Shown one piece after another: positions 1 to 13,050 of a DNA stretch of 64,000 nt. The position numbers and the translations under genes are program-made. The DNA is from Vicugna vicugna (taxonomy: Eukaryota), in NCBI GenBank assembly GCA_013265495.1, contig MU058687.1, positions 2,730,001 to 2,794,000 on the forward strand. Direction: 5' to 3'. The notes beneath the pieces are model-generated. The model did no database searches, had not been told where the DNA came from, and saw nothing but the letters and a program-made list of their open reading frames with translations. Each line of letters opens with the position of its first letter. Positions within the stretch are counted from its first letter, which is position 1.

Positions 1-1040
1 GAAACCTGATGCTTCCAGGGGAGAGATGTGGCCCTGGGGTGGCGTGCTGCTGAGGGCGCAGATAAGATGAGGCCAGCAAAGTTTGCATGAGATGGAGGGA
101 CGTTTGAAAGCAGTAGTGAGAGCAGTTTCGGTGGTGGTGGTAGAGGGAGAGTGACAGAAAGCAGTTTGGTTTTGAGGCTGGTCGTGGCGGGTAAGGAGGG
201 GAGCAGCCCGAGGCCAGGCCAGCTCAGCAGGGCCTGCTAGGCCCCAGATAGCCTCTTCACCTTCTGGTAAAATGTTCTTTAAAGGTCTTTATGTTTCTTA
301 AGAGATTATTTCTGATTTTGTGCCCAAATCTGCTACCCCTGGGGGCCACACGGAACAGGACCTGTCCTTGCCCCATCCCATTCCAGAGCCAGTCCCGGAA
401 GTATTTACCCACAACACTCCTCCCTCCCCGCACCCTCCCCTAGTCTCCTCTTCCCCAGATTAAACACTTCCCTTTCTCTGCAGTCTTCTCTCTCCAATTT
501 GAAGCCCATTTCTGCCTCAGTCACTCTCCTCAGACCACAACCAGTTTGTTGGCTCTTCGAGTCATGCCCAGATCCAAACACCGCCCACTTGGGTATGTTC
601 TGCCAGCATGCAGGGTGGGACCACCACTTCCCTCTTCTGAGAGGCCACTTTCTGTAAAGTTGTCTCTCCCGTGGCTGCACTAACCTCAATCATACAATGA
701 ACTCTAAGACTGAAGAGAATCTGAGATTCTTTAAGACCTAGACTGGAGTTCAATGTCTTAATTTTATAGAGACAGAAACTGAGGACAGCCACCGAGCTAG
801 AGACTGTCAGATGCACAGTCAGAGCCACGGGCCCACACAGTGGGCATGGCCAGCAATGGCCCAGGGTAAGCTTGTAGCCATGGTTGTGGCGGCAGCAGCA
901 GTGGTGACAGGGTGTGGGACAGCCTGTCACTAAGCGTGTCAATGGGAGCATAGACCAGAAGAAACATTTTGGGGCTGTATCAAAAAGAATTCTATATGAC
1001 AAAAATATAAGGCTGTTTACAGATAAACGTTTAAGGAGGT

Positions 1041-1510
1041 TGTATCAGAGACAGCTAATCAGTCCATAATACACTTTCTCCTCCTCTTCTTTTAGCAATA
1101 GGGCCCCCAACTTTTAGTGGGACCCACCCTACTCAATGTAAAGATCTTACCTCCAGCTTCCCCTGTATTTAGGTATGGCCATGTGATCAAGTTCTGGCCA
1201 GAGGGTGTGAGCAAAAGTGATGTGCAACTTTGGGTTTTGTGCTTAGAGGTAAGGGGTCCTCCATTTTCTCTCTCCTCCACTTCCGATGGCTAGAATGTGG
1301 ACCAGAAGATACAGTGTTGAGTCTTCTTCAACCATGTAGACAAGGGCATCAAGATAAAGGGAATCTGCATTTCTGACAGAGCAGAACCACCCTGTCAACC
1401 TTGAACTGCTTAAATACTTACTGGAACTGGAGAGAGAATTTCTGTCTTATTTAGGCACCTGTTATTGTGGGTCTTTGTTAAAGAAACTGAGCTATATACT
1501 AACTAATACA
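1041..1510 (+). mobile_element. MaLR solo LTR (MLT1-type)
   Basis: TG...CA ends (tgtatcag...ctaactaataca) and typical MLT1 motifs ggccatgtgatcaagttctggcca, aagtgatgtgcaactt, tctgtcttatttaggcacctgttattgtgggtctttgtta. Confidence 0.7.
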
Positions 1511-2560
1511 GACATTCATTTCAACATTGTTTATAAGTTTGGATTTTTTTAATGGAAACACCTAAATGTCCATTATAGAGAGTGAGTAAAGGAGTCATGG
1601 AAACACCATACAATTAAGTACATGAAGTCATTAAAAAAAGAATGAAGTAGATATATGTACACTGACCTGGAACAATGTTCCTGACAGAATATTAAAATAA
1701 AAAATGCAAGTGATGGGACAATGTAGAAGATGCTGTGGTTTGCTGGGTTTCCAGGGACAAGTCACATCCTCCTTCTCCTGTAGAAGCTACAGAGGATACA
1801 TTCTGCCTTGCCTTGGATGATATGGTTTGAGGATGGAGGTCTAAAACGGTGGCAGCCTTTTTGTTCCATCAGGGAAGACCCTAAAGTTGGAGAAGTGGGG
1901 AGGGGAGCAAATGCTGAGTGGAGCCTAAAGAGAAAGTCAACATATCAAAGGACAGAAATGAGACAGAGAACCAGGTCTTCGGGAACACAGTGTTTCGATC
2001 AAGCCTGAATCGAAGTCAGCCTTGGATCTGTACTCGTGCAGTTACTGAGCCTTCAAACTCCATTTGTTTGTTGGTTTAAGTCAATTTTAGCTAGTTTGCC
2101 TTCTACTTTAAAAAGAAGACTCCATATAAGGATATTTATTATAGCTTTATTAATAACCAGAGTATTTAAAAATCTATTTCCTTAACAAAGGATTAAAGAA
2201 GTGATGGTACTTCTAACTATGAAATACTATGCAGCCAAATTTTTTTTAAAAAACCTCTATATGTGGTGATATAAAAAGATACACCCAAGATATTTCATTA
2301 AGTAAAAAAAAGTGGAGATTATGTAAAGTATGCTACCATTTGTGTGAGAAAAAAATGTGTAAATGAATGTTTCTTAAAATGCTTGAAATATCTCTTGAAG
2401 GGTACACAAGAAATTGATAACAGAGGGAAAATAAATAGCTAGAAACTGAGGACAGAAGGATGCTTATTTTTCACTGTATACCCTCCCTCGCTTTTTGAAT
2501 TTTATACCATGTATATGTAACACCTGCTCAGAAAATAGTTTAAAATATTTTTAAAGACTC
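1511..2560 (+). mobile_element. Old L1M (L1ME-like) 3' fragments, interrupted by a probable degraded LTR at about 1735-2120
   Basis: L1 3'-end motifs aaacacctaaatgtccat, atgaaatactatgcagcca, aaaaaagaatgaagtagatatat; intervening segment has an LTR-like end (gttactgagcc...tttaagtcaatttt). Confidence 0.6.
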
Positions 2561-3399
2561 CTAAATGATAGAGTGTGCATCTGAGAATTTAATAACTGTC
2601 ACGTGTTCCTGCATGCACACACAAGTCATGTGCCTAGATGTTTCTAAAAGTTTGGAAAGATACGCACCAAACTGTTAATAGTATTTACCCCAAGGGAAAG
2701 GAGCAAGTGTGTGTGTGTGTGTGTGCGCGTGCACATGCGTGTGTGCACATTGGGGAATAGCTTACCAGCTGCAAACTCACCCCACACTAACATTTATTAC
2801 AAGGCACTGCTCACTTTCCAAGCTTCCATTCGCTTGATTCTTACCCTGAGATGAGCACTTCCAACACTCCTACTTAATAGATGAAGAAAAAGCCTGAAAG
2901 GGGCAGCTAGTGCAGGCCGAGCTGGGACTGAGCTGAGACAGTTTGGCTTCAGGTGGCTGGTCCTTACACACAGCATTATCCCACCTTTCTGACTCCTCTG
3001 GGCGGGGCTGCTGGGTCCCAGGCCCTGAGCTGTCCCAGGAAAATCCCTTCACACCTGTTAGTCACGGAGCCCCTCACACAACAGCCTGGAGGGAGGCAGC
3101 AGCCCCAGGCAGGGTCTTCTGCTTTCCCCAGCACTCAGAGGACGCCCACCACTCCCTTTGCCCTCCCCACCTTATCTCACTTGGAAGACAGGAAACTGGA
3201 GGTTGACAAGCCCCATGGGGACTGCGTTTTGTTTAAGCTCTCTTTACACTCCCCACTTCCATTGGGGACCGTGTGAAGAATTGATACTGCCCACTGCAGA
3301 TGAGATTATGAGGAAGAGGGTGTTCCGGTGGGCTGCAACGCTCTGGGTCGGGGTTGGCCATTGGCTAACATCCATCCCAGTTAGGAATGCACATAACCC

Positions 3400-3800
3400 A
3401 CAGAACCAGCCATTCCACTTTTAGGAAGGTGTCCTGCAGAAACACTTGAACAAGTCTGCTGACTACAGCATTGCCATAAATTGTAACAGACTGTGGAATT
3501 CTAGGCAGCTGTCAAAAGGAATAAAGTTAACTCTGACGTAGGAACAGGCATAGATGTCCGTGGTATACTGTTTAAAAAACAAGTTGCGAAGTAATATGCA
3601 GAATATATCCCAAGTTTTTTCTTAAAAAATAAAATAAAAACAATGTGTATAGAAGACATTTATGTATAGAAAATGGTCTGAAAGCGTATGTGCAGAAATG
3701 ATCAGGGTAGGAAGTAGGATTTGGGAAGAATTGGGAGGAGAAAAAGAACTTCTCATTTTTCATCTGTATTCTTCAATATTATCCAAATTTTTATAATTTT
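3400..3800 (+). mobile_element. Old L1M (L1ME-like) fragment
   Basis: AT-rich L1 3' motifs (ccagccattccacttttagga, tgtggaattctaggcagctgtcaaaaggaataa). Confidence 0.5.
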
Positions 3801-4459
3801 TAATAAAAGATTTTATAAGAATATCTTAGCTTTGAAATTAAACTTTTAAAACAATTAGTAATTAACAAATAAATTTTTCATGGCCTAGGCATCAGCTTGC
3901 CAACTGTCCCCTCTCACTCATCTCCCCCTCCCTTCCAGGCACTGTCTTGTCTCCTACCATTTGCTATCTTTGGACCTCAGGCTCCTGAGCTGGCTGCAAG
4001 ACTCCAGAGCCCCTACAAACCGCAATCACTAAGCCCTCCCTAATCCCGGCTCCCCAGCAGCTCAAACCGGCTGCTGTCTGCTCCTGTAGGAGGTGGGTAG
4101 GAGTCCCCTTGGTTTATACCCATCATAAAAAAAAAAGAAGCAGCTGTGGGCCACGGGATGCTCAGAACTCCAGGACATGGCAGCCTCTAGAGAGGTGGCC
4201 TAGCCTCTCTCGGAGAGGCTATTTCTTTCTGTTCTTCCTGAACACATGCATTGCAGTCAATGCATTTTCTAAGAATTGGGCGAGACTCCAGAGGTGGTCT
4301 CATCCAAAGGTCTCACTTTGCAGGTGAGAACACTGCATTCCAGGCCAAGCCTTTGCCATCTGCTTCTTTCCAAGTGCCATCCCTTCATTTCGGAGTCTGA
4401 ACGCTCACTCTCGTTAACTGTTCAATAAAGGAACTCCATCAGGCAAGCTGCCATCTGTC

Positions 4460-4637
4460 TCAGTGCTTCTTAGCCATGATGCCACGTGGGAATCACCTGG
4501 GGAGATTTGCAAACTAGTGACACCTGGGTCCTACCACCTTGTGGTTCTGATTTATTTTAACTGGAGGGCATCCTGAGCACTGGGATTTTGTTACTTCCTA
4601 GCTGTTCCCAACATGCAGCCACGGTTGAGAACCACCA
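4460..4637. mobile_element. MER5-type hAT-Charlie MITE
   Basis: ggaatcacctggggag...ttctgattta...atgcagccacggttgagaaccac matches the MER5 pattern. Confidence 0.7.
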
Positions 4638-6495
4638 GTCAATGCGGTGTGATGTGTGTGTGTGTGCACGTGCTGTGCACATATAACCCATGCATGGAAA
4701 CCTATACACACACATACACATGCACGCATACCCCATGCAAAGCTAGATTTCTCAAATAACTCATACAGAAAGTAACTCATACTACAGAGGTTACCAGCAA
4801 AGCAAGACACCCCAAAAATGAGAAAAAATTTTAGAATGTGATATTTAAAAGATGAAAAGGTCAGCATAGGAACAATCAGAAGCCTCATCGGGCTCTCTGC
4901 TTATTTTTAGATGAGGTTTTTCTTGTGTTACATGTGGGGGGAAAAGCCCTACAATTCTTTCCTGGCAGGGCCCCGATCCAGCCCCAGGCATCCACAAAGA
5001 GGGCTGGTTGACCTGAATCCTGCAGCAGGTTTCCCGGTTGTAGCATCCAATCCCTCTGGATAGGGCAAACCTTCAGCTGGGTCCCACAGAGGAAAGTCCT
5101 CAAAGCCAAAGTCCTGGCACAGGGCTGGGGTCCAGAGGGGCTCAAGAAAGCCAAGTTCCCAGTTCTCCAGGAGCTCCAGGCCCTTCCCCCACCCCATAGG
5201 AATGATGTGGCCAAAGGAACTGAGCTCCTGATAACTGCAGGCAGCCCCAGGTATGAGGGGCTGTGACCTCAGGGTGAGGGGTACACAGTATGAGATGTAC
5301 ACATGTAGGCCTGGCTAAAGTAGAGTAAAGTTGGCCAACTTCAAGGTCATTTCCAAATCTAAGTTTCATGAGTCAGATATACAAAACGAAACCAAAGAAA
5401 GACCTTGGGGAGATCCTATGAGGAACTGACTGGTTGGTTTTCATCTGGGCAATAAGGGAAGGCTTCCTGGAGGAGGTAAAATTTGAACTTTGCTTTGAAA
5501 GATGAGCAAGATTTAAGAGAGAAAGGAGAGAAAGAAAATAGAGCTTATTGCTTCTCCACCTTCTCCTCCTTGACCTCAGAGAACTGGGCTCTGTCTCAGG
5601 AGCCCTCTGCACCCTTGGGGACAGGGCTCTGAGAGTAACCTGGGAAGGTGGCAAAGGGTGCCCACCTCCCACTCCCCTCCTGGAGTAAATATTATCTTCC
5701 CAACAGAGCATCCACCTCGGGACCTACTGGGCTTAATTCTGTCTCCTTTGACCTGGCTTTGAGGTGCCCAGTCTCCTTCAGAAGCCCCTGGGTCCATCCC
5801 TCAGTGAGTCATAATTCCAAGTCAAAGCTGGGGAAAATTGTCCTTAGGCCTTACTTGTAGGCCCTTGGAGCCAAGATCTCAACCTGGAATTACCTCAGAA
5901 AGACCTGGAGGGCTTAGAAATATCCAGAAGGTAGGCTCCCACACACTCCCGCACCTGCAGAGTCTGACCATCCCGGGAGGGTCCTGTGCTTTCTTTGAGA
6001 ATGGCCAGCCAGGATGGAGACCTATGGCCAGTGCCCAAAGGTGAAGGAGAGAAGAATGCAGGCAAGACGGAAGCAGGGGGTGAGGAGGGACAGCTGCCGG
6101 GGCTGGGGGGTGGAGGGCAGAGGCACTGGGACAGCTGGAGGACAAGGCCCGGCAGAGAGGGGACTCTGTAGAAAACAAGTGTTCAATGAACAGCACTGAA
6201 TCCTGCCTCTGTTCCCCAGGCTCTCGGGGTTGGGGAGAAGGGGCCAGGGACAACTGTTCGCCAGCAACCGGGGCAGAAAGACACAAAGGCCCCCAAAGAG
6301 GGCCTCCTGTTGTCTATGGTCAGCGCTTCCAGAGAGCAAAAACTTTACCTCATCTGTTCAGTGCTGTCTCCCCAGTGCCTGGCACATAGTAGAGGCTGCT
6401 GGATGTGATGACTGAATGAACTTTGGATGTCAGGCCTTTTCCTCTGTCAGGACTCTTAGGTCTTCTCAGTCTGGGACTTTCTTGTACGGAACATG

Positions 6496-7003
6496 TGAGA
6501 CAGAAGGGAAGGGGGTAGGGCACAACCATTAAAAGAATGACACAGCAATTGAGAACAAGACATAAACTGATTAGAACCAAGATGGCAGAAGCTTTGACTT
6601 CCAGTAGACCTTGAGCCTCATGGCACACCCATAGGCACCATGACAGTTCTGAGACTGGCCGTAAAAGGCCAAAAAAATGGGCAGTGGCCCAATTCCTAGG
6701 AATGCCCACCCCTTCCCCAAAGTAGTTGGAATAATCCTCCCACTTGTTAGCATATGAAATTATCGAGCCCATAAGAACTAAATACCCCCACACCTCCTGG
6801 CCGCTCTCCCTTCTGAGTGAGACGGCTACACTCTTGTGTACGGAGTATATCTCTCTAAATAGACTTGCTTTCATTTTACTCTGGCTCACTCTTGAATTCT
6901 TTCCTGAATAAAGCCAAGGACCCCCACTTGGTGGGGCAGGTCCCAGGGACTCACCCGCGACCTGGGACATGATCATCCTCTCAAGCCCTATTTTCCTGCA
7001 GCA
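6496..7003 (+). mobile_element. ERV1 solo LTR, MER41-like
   Basis: Starts TGAGACAG, ends ttcctgcagCA, imperfect 4-bp TSD catg/cagg. Contains aaccaagatggc, gaataatcctcccacttgttagcatatg and the MER41-type 3' end acttgctttcattttactct...ttgaattctttcctg...ccaagga. Confidence 0.75.
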
Positions 7004-8149
7004 CAGGGATTAAAACAGTGGTGCTGAGGAGAGCTTTGGGAAGGGGCTTGGAGAAGGCTGGGCTTGGGCTCCTTCCCATGGTCCCACCAGCTCTACTTCT
7101 TCGGAATTTTGGAATCTGAATGTAAGAAGAGTGGGAGGAGTTGGTGGCCCAGAGCTGCCCTCCAAACCGGAAGGCTGTAGGAGGAGGAGGGAGCGGGGTG
7201 GGGAGAGGAGGAGGCAGAGAAGAGAGGAGGGAGCCAGGAAGTCAAGGTGCTGTCTGCAGACTGATCAGAGCCTGATCCTTCCATGGAAAGGGGCGAGGCT
7301 GGGGAAGGCACCCACGTGGTCACTGAGCTCCTGGGATCTTACCCAGAGCCTTGGTGGAGAGGACCCAAAGCCTGTCACTCTGTGTCCTGCACTCATGTGG
7401 GACCTACCTCAAGCACATCCACTCAGGCCTGAAAACACTTTGCCCACAGGTGGAGAGCACAGGGCAGCCTGGTCCAAGCCTCAGGGGCTCTAATTGCCAA
7501 ACATCCTGACCTCCAGGCCTCAGCCTCCACCCATGGCCCATGCATTCCTAATACATGCACACACACATGGACACACACACACACCAACAACCATCCCAGT
7601 CAAACTCATCTTGCCATTGGGTCCCGGGGACAATGCAGGGTTCGTAAGTGGCTCTGCCAACTGCACACCTCAAGCCCATGAGGAAGCTGGTGTGGACGAG
7701 GCACTGGAACAGACAGTCTTACGGCCCCAGCGCCTCTCCAGGGTTGGGACAGGTTGCTGGTGAAGAGAGCTAGCCATGTGCCCGACTATATGATGCCCTG
7801 ACGTGGGGCCAGGGCCACTATGAAATGACCACAGATGCTGGAGTTGTAAAGTCCCCTCATTTCCACAGGCAGAGAAAAAGGCTCCGGGAGACTTGACCCC
7901 ACAGTTGATGGGCATAGTTGGGACTTAAGGCCCAGCTGCCCACCTTCTGGAAAAGGGCTCCTGTACCAGCCCACCTCAGGGCCTTTCACTGGAGCCCTGG
8001 GGAGTACCAGTGCACTGACCTGGTACTTGAGTTGCTAGAACAGTTTTCTGGAACACCTTATGAATCCATCAACAGGCCTCCCTGAGGCCCCACCTGGCCT
8101 GATAACTTAGAACTGGGTTGTAGCTCTCCCTCCTCATCCCCTCCTATTC

Positions 8150-8455
8150 TCTCTCCAAGGTCTTTATTTACATCAGATTCATGGAGCTGCTTGGTTAAAA
8201 TACAGATTCCTGAACACCATCCAGACTTTCCAAATCAGGATGTCTAAGGATGGAGCCCAGTAATCTCCCTTTTTATCTAGCACCCCTCCCCTGTCCCCTC
8301 AACAACTACCTTTAACCGGACCCGAATCTGGCTGTTGTGCCTATAAAATACAGGTCCAGATCCATCCTCTATGGATTCTGCTTCAGTGCGGTGGAGGTTG
8401 GGCTTGGGGATCTGCGTTTTTGTGAACAACCTCATTGACTCTTGGGAAACACTGC
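8150..8455. mobile_element. Two adjacent MER5-like fragments
   Basis: aaaatacagattcctg...aaatcagga...ggatggagcccagtaatct and aaaatacag...gattctgcttcagt...tgggaaacactg. Confidence 0.55.
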
Positions 8456-9894
8456 TTCGCCATTTGGTGTGAGTTTCCAAATGAAGACTTTTCGGAGGTG
8501 CCGTCGGATGGGCCTGGGCAAGAGAAGCTAAAGACCATGTGTAGGAAGACCCTCCTGGGATGGGGTGTGGAGCACTTACAGATTCCTCCAAGAGACCCCT
8601 GGCCCCAGTAGGTTGGGATCAAGGAGTCTTGATCCTAGAGTGATGTACGTAGAGGAGGGAGGTCTGAGGGGGTAGTCCTTTGGGTCAGCCTGAAGGCTGA
8701 GCCATGTCTGGACTCCCACAGTCATTATGTCCAACCAGCCCCCCAACCCTATCTCCCTCTACCCCTCCTTCTCCTCCTCGCCCTCATTCTCTTCCTACCC
8801 TCCATCAGTTTCCTTAGGATGTAGCCATGTTGAGGGATGGGGAGTTCAGAGGCAAACCCATGACTGTGCTGTCATTGCTCTGACCTTTGGTCTTGGGTAC
8901 CCTGGCCCTCCTTCTAAGGAGGAGAGCTGGCTGTAAATCTGTGTTGGGGTAGGGGTGGGAGGGAGGCATGGCTCTGATACTGGAGACTCAGACCCAGCTA
9001 GGTTAATCCTTTTTTGCTAAGAAACAGCCTCTTCCTCCCAGCACCCTCTCTCCAGCTGCCACACTCCCTATAGGAGTGACTTTCAGAGTGGGGCGAGGGG
9101 TGTGTGGAGAGGAAGTGGGGAAGGAAAGGAAAGCATCACCCTTCATTTGAGTAGGACCAGGCAATTTCTTCTCCTGGATGTCTCCACCCCAATAAGAGAA
9201 GACCACATGATAATAATGTGACACTCCCTGACTTGGAAAGCTGTATGGGGCTCAACTGTGTGTGTGTGTGTGTGTGTGTACAAATGCAGATGTGAACACG
9301 GCTTGGGTGTGCTCACAGGACGTGCACAGGAAGCAGATTCATCAGGTGACAAATGAGTGTGTTTAAACTCTATTTAAGCTGTATTTGTGTGTACTAAGCA
9401 GGGCACACAGTGTCCCAGTCCCTCTGGCCAGGAGTTCATTTTAAAGCCATCTGTAGTGAGCATATTGGCCTCTCATTCCGGCATAACTGAGCCCACTCCC
9501 CACCATGCCTGAAGCAGGGGTGCTGGCCCCTGGGGAAGAGCAGGCCGGGGCACTGTCCTTGACATTCCATGATACCTGGAGCCCCAGGCCTGTCTGAACA
9601 CTAGTCACCTGTGGTCCCTCTCATCTGTGAGAATCTGGTTGCAGGCCTGGGTGTGAGTTTGGTCTGTCAGCGAGCTCAAAGCTGGCCCCGGGGGCAGTGA
9701 GGAGGGGAGAGGCCCAGCCACATTTGGAGCTGCCCAGAGGCTGCCCAGGGCCTGGAATCCCTAACAGCATTCAGGCGGGTCTGCAGCCCAGCTGGCCCCA
9801 TCTAACTTTTCACTGAGATGCTGGTATTCTAAAGCTATCTTCCATGGTGTTGGCATTCCAAATGGAAGGATGGACAGCCAAGAGTGGAATTTCA

Positions 9895-10110
9895 TGTAGT
9901 GGAATGCAGTGGTTATAAACCTACTCTCAAGAAGTTCAAATTCCCAATCTTGACCTTGGGCATGTTGCTTAACCTCCTTGTGCGTCAGTGTCCTCATCTG
10001 TAAAATGGGGAGATAATGATACCCATCTTGCAAGGTTGTGCTAAAAATGAAATGAGTACCCGGCGCCTAGTGTATACAAGTCTAAGTGTGAGTGGCTATT
10101 ATAATTTGTG
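9895..10110 (+). mobile_element. MIR SINE
   Basis: MIR core tgaccttgggcatgttgcttaacctc...cagtgtcctcatctgtaaaatggggagataat. Confidence 0.8.
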
Positions 10111-11009
10111 GTATTTCTAGGAAAGAGATCTGTTTAAAAGTGAAAATGTCTTTCAGTGCCTCTCAGATCATCTCCAAAGACGCTTTCCTCATCTCATGAA
10201 AGGCCAAACCAGCTGCCTGGCCAAGACAGGGAATTTCAGAAACCTGGTGGACTGGTGTGTCTAATCTGGATTAGGCAATCAGGACCTTTGAAATGTAAAT
10301 GAGGATTGTGTTTTTGACTCTGTCAGTTCAAAGGGAAGCTTTTGGAAGCACTGTTTCTCCTGGAAGGAGGGCAGGGATGCCTTGAGGTTGGGGGGAGGAT
10401 AAGTGGGGAAGGTGACCACTGGTCATTGGAGAAGTGACCACTAGCAGGAGAACTGGAGAAACCTGTGACATCCTCAAGTCCTGTCATCCCATTGTACAGA
10501 TGGGGAAACTTGCTCTCTGGTGATTATGTATCTCCTCTGAGACTCAGTTCCCCTATCTTCAAAGCAGAGGAGGAACCTCCATTCTGCCCTGCTGCTGGGC
10601 ATGTATACGAGGCAGTGAAGGTGGGATGGTGAAGCCCTTGAGAGAAGCGTGCTCTCTGCCCTGGGAGGCACCATGGCTAGTCAGGAGGAGCTGGGGGGTG
10701 GGGCTCAGGCTGGGGGTCAAGTCCCTGACCCGTACCTCTGCCTGGCCCTTCCATAAAGGACAGGGCAGTCCAGGCTGGCCCAGTGGGAGTATGACAAAGG
10801 ATAAACTGAGTGGCTCCAGCTATCCAGAGGGCCCCTCGAGGCCCATCTTGCAGCACCAGCCCCTGTTCTGTGCCCTCTTTTGGGTCATATTTGTGTTGCC
10901 CTAATTTCTAAGAATTTAGAAACTCCTTCAGCGACCAAACTCACTATGGGAATAAAAACTCATTCAATTCTCCACTAAAAGCATTTCCTCTGTTGAAACA
11001 CTTTGCACA

Positions 11010-11260
11010 GATGTTGGACTCCAACAACTCTGGATTCAAATCCCCATTCCACCACTTACTTACTGGTGGAACAACCCCGAACAAACCTTGGCTGTTACAG
11101 CCTCAGTTTCTCCATTTGTAAAGTAAAGAGAGTCATCTCTGCTTTGCGGGAGTATTGAGAAGATTAAATTAATTCAGTCATTCATTCAACAAATGTTTAC
11201 TGAGCACCTACAACGTGCCAGGCATTGATGACACAGCTGTGACTACAAGAGAGACAGGGC
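11010..11260. mobile_element. MIR (+) followed by an L2 3' end (-)
   Basis: ctggattcaaatccc...gcctcagtttctccatttgtaaagt, then cattcattcaacaaatgtttactgagcacctacaacgtgccaggc. Confidence 0.75.
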
Positions 11261-11924
11261 ACGTGCTCATGGGATCTTCACCAATGGTGATCCCAGAATC
11301 TGTTACTGATTGTGTTGAGTGTTATGGAGGAAAAATACTCATGAGGAATTACTGGGAGCTCCATTTTGAGGGACAACTAGGTGTGATCTATGTCATTGAA
11401 TTTAAAACACTATTATTTTAGGTAACAAGGAGAAGGGGAAATTCTGCTAATTAACTGTGACACAGAGCATTCTTACCCTTAGAAATGTTATTTTGTGCTT
11501 ACTGAAAGAGCTCTTTTAGACTTTTCTTCAGCCCCAGGGGAGTTTTCTATCTCCCACACAATTTATAACAAAGAAGGTCTGTAAGGCAGAAATCAGAATA
11601 GGGTAAAATCCAAGAGAAATCCACCTTGCCCTGCCGCAAGCTTGCCTGGTATAAAATCTCTGAGTGGGAAGCAGATAGGCTCCCAGGCTGTAGTTCAGTA
11701 GAAGAGTGACACAGGACAAAAGGGTGTGTGAACCAAGCAGAGAGAAGGGCAGGAGGAATGCGGAAGGGGTTCTGGCAGGGGGCTCACTGCTGGGCTCAGC
11801 TTTGGGTTGAGTAGAAAAGCGACCAGAAGGAAAAGAGCCAAATGCCAGACCAGTGGGTCGTTACATACCATAGTCTGTAAAATGCATCCTGCTGTCAGAG
11901 ACTTAAAAGATGTATCTCTCCAGA

Positions 11925-13050
11925 AGCACAGAGCACCCCAGTTTCCTGATCTTGGTTTCTAAGTGCCATTCTCCACTAAAAGGAACCAGAGCACTTTGGG
12001 GAAACAGCCAGTCCCAGAGCTGGAACATCTTGTTGTATCAGAAAGTGACAATGCATTTAAAAACTTAATAATAATGGGGACATGTCAGCAAGAATGGAGC
12101 CAGCTTAGAGGGGTTTCTCCTGGACAAATCAGGCATAATCTGAACACTGAAATAAATAATAAGAGTTATAGACTATAACCCAAAGAATAAAATAAGAATC
12201 CATGAGTCCATCTTGATATAAATAAATTAATGAATAAACAAATGAATGGGGAAGAAAACAACATTCTTCCTTAACAAGGAATGCTAAGGAACAAACACAG
12301 AAAAAATGATGGAATTAGAAAAATCATCATCTGCCAATCACCATAATATTAATTGTTTTAGGCCAGAATCATAAATGGATGCTACAACTTGCAAGGGGTG
12401 AGAAACAAGATATTTACTCAGTACACAGAGCAGAATTTTTTTCTGTTTTTTGCTATAAAGGACATTAGTAGGACATTTGGAGATGTTTGAATAAGGTCTG
12501 TGGATGAAAATAGAGTTGTATAAATACTAATTTTCTGATTTATAATCAGAAAATATTCTGATTTATCATATTTATAATATTCTGATAAATGTACTGTGAT
12601 TATTATACAAGAATGTCCTTCTTTTTAAGAAATATGCACCAAAGTATTTAGGGATAAAAGGACATGTCTGTCACATAGTCTCAGGGGAAAAAAGGAATAC
12701 AAGTGTACATACACACACACACACAGAGAAAGAAAAGAGACTGATAAAATTGTAGCATGGTGATAAATGTCTTAACAGCATTTCCTAAGGGTTTTCAAAA
12801 AGCCCAATTTCTGTGGTGTAAATGTTCTGCTTCCATGGCCAATTTCAAGCCACCAACACAAAGTCACTGAACAGAGAGTTGGGAAGAGACACACACAGAC
12901 AGCTCTAGCATCCAGTACAAATGTAAGCACACTGAAGAGCCAGCATGTGGGGAAACTGAGTGAGAGTGAAAGAATGTGGGACTTCTTTGTACTATTTTTT
13001 GCAACTTTTATGTAGTCCAAAATTATTTCAGAGTAAAAAGTTGGCTTTTT
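11925..13050 (+). mobile_element. L1MC-type 3' end (L1MC3/4-like)
   Basis: atcttggtttctaagtgccattctccactaaaaggaaccagag, taataatggggacatgtca, aataaaataagaatccatgagtccat; ends tttttgcaacttttatgtagtccaaaattatttcagagtaaaaagtt. Confidence 0.75.
12775..12935. mobile_element. MER63-like hAT MITE nested in the L1MC
   Basis: ggtgtaaatgttctgcttccatggccaatttcaagccaccaac...gtcactgaacagagagttgggaagaga resembles MER63 as recalled. Confidence 0.6.

Noticed and set aside
6350..6976. 208-aa minus-strand ORF
   Set aside because: Runs antisense through a solo LTR into an L2 end; no gag, pol or env motifs.
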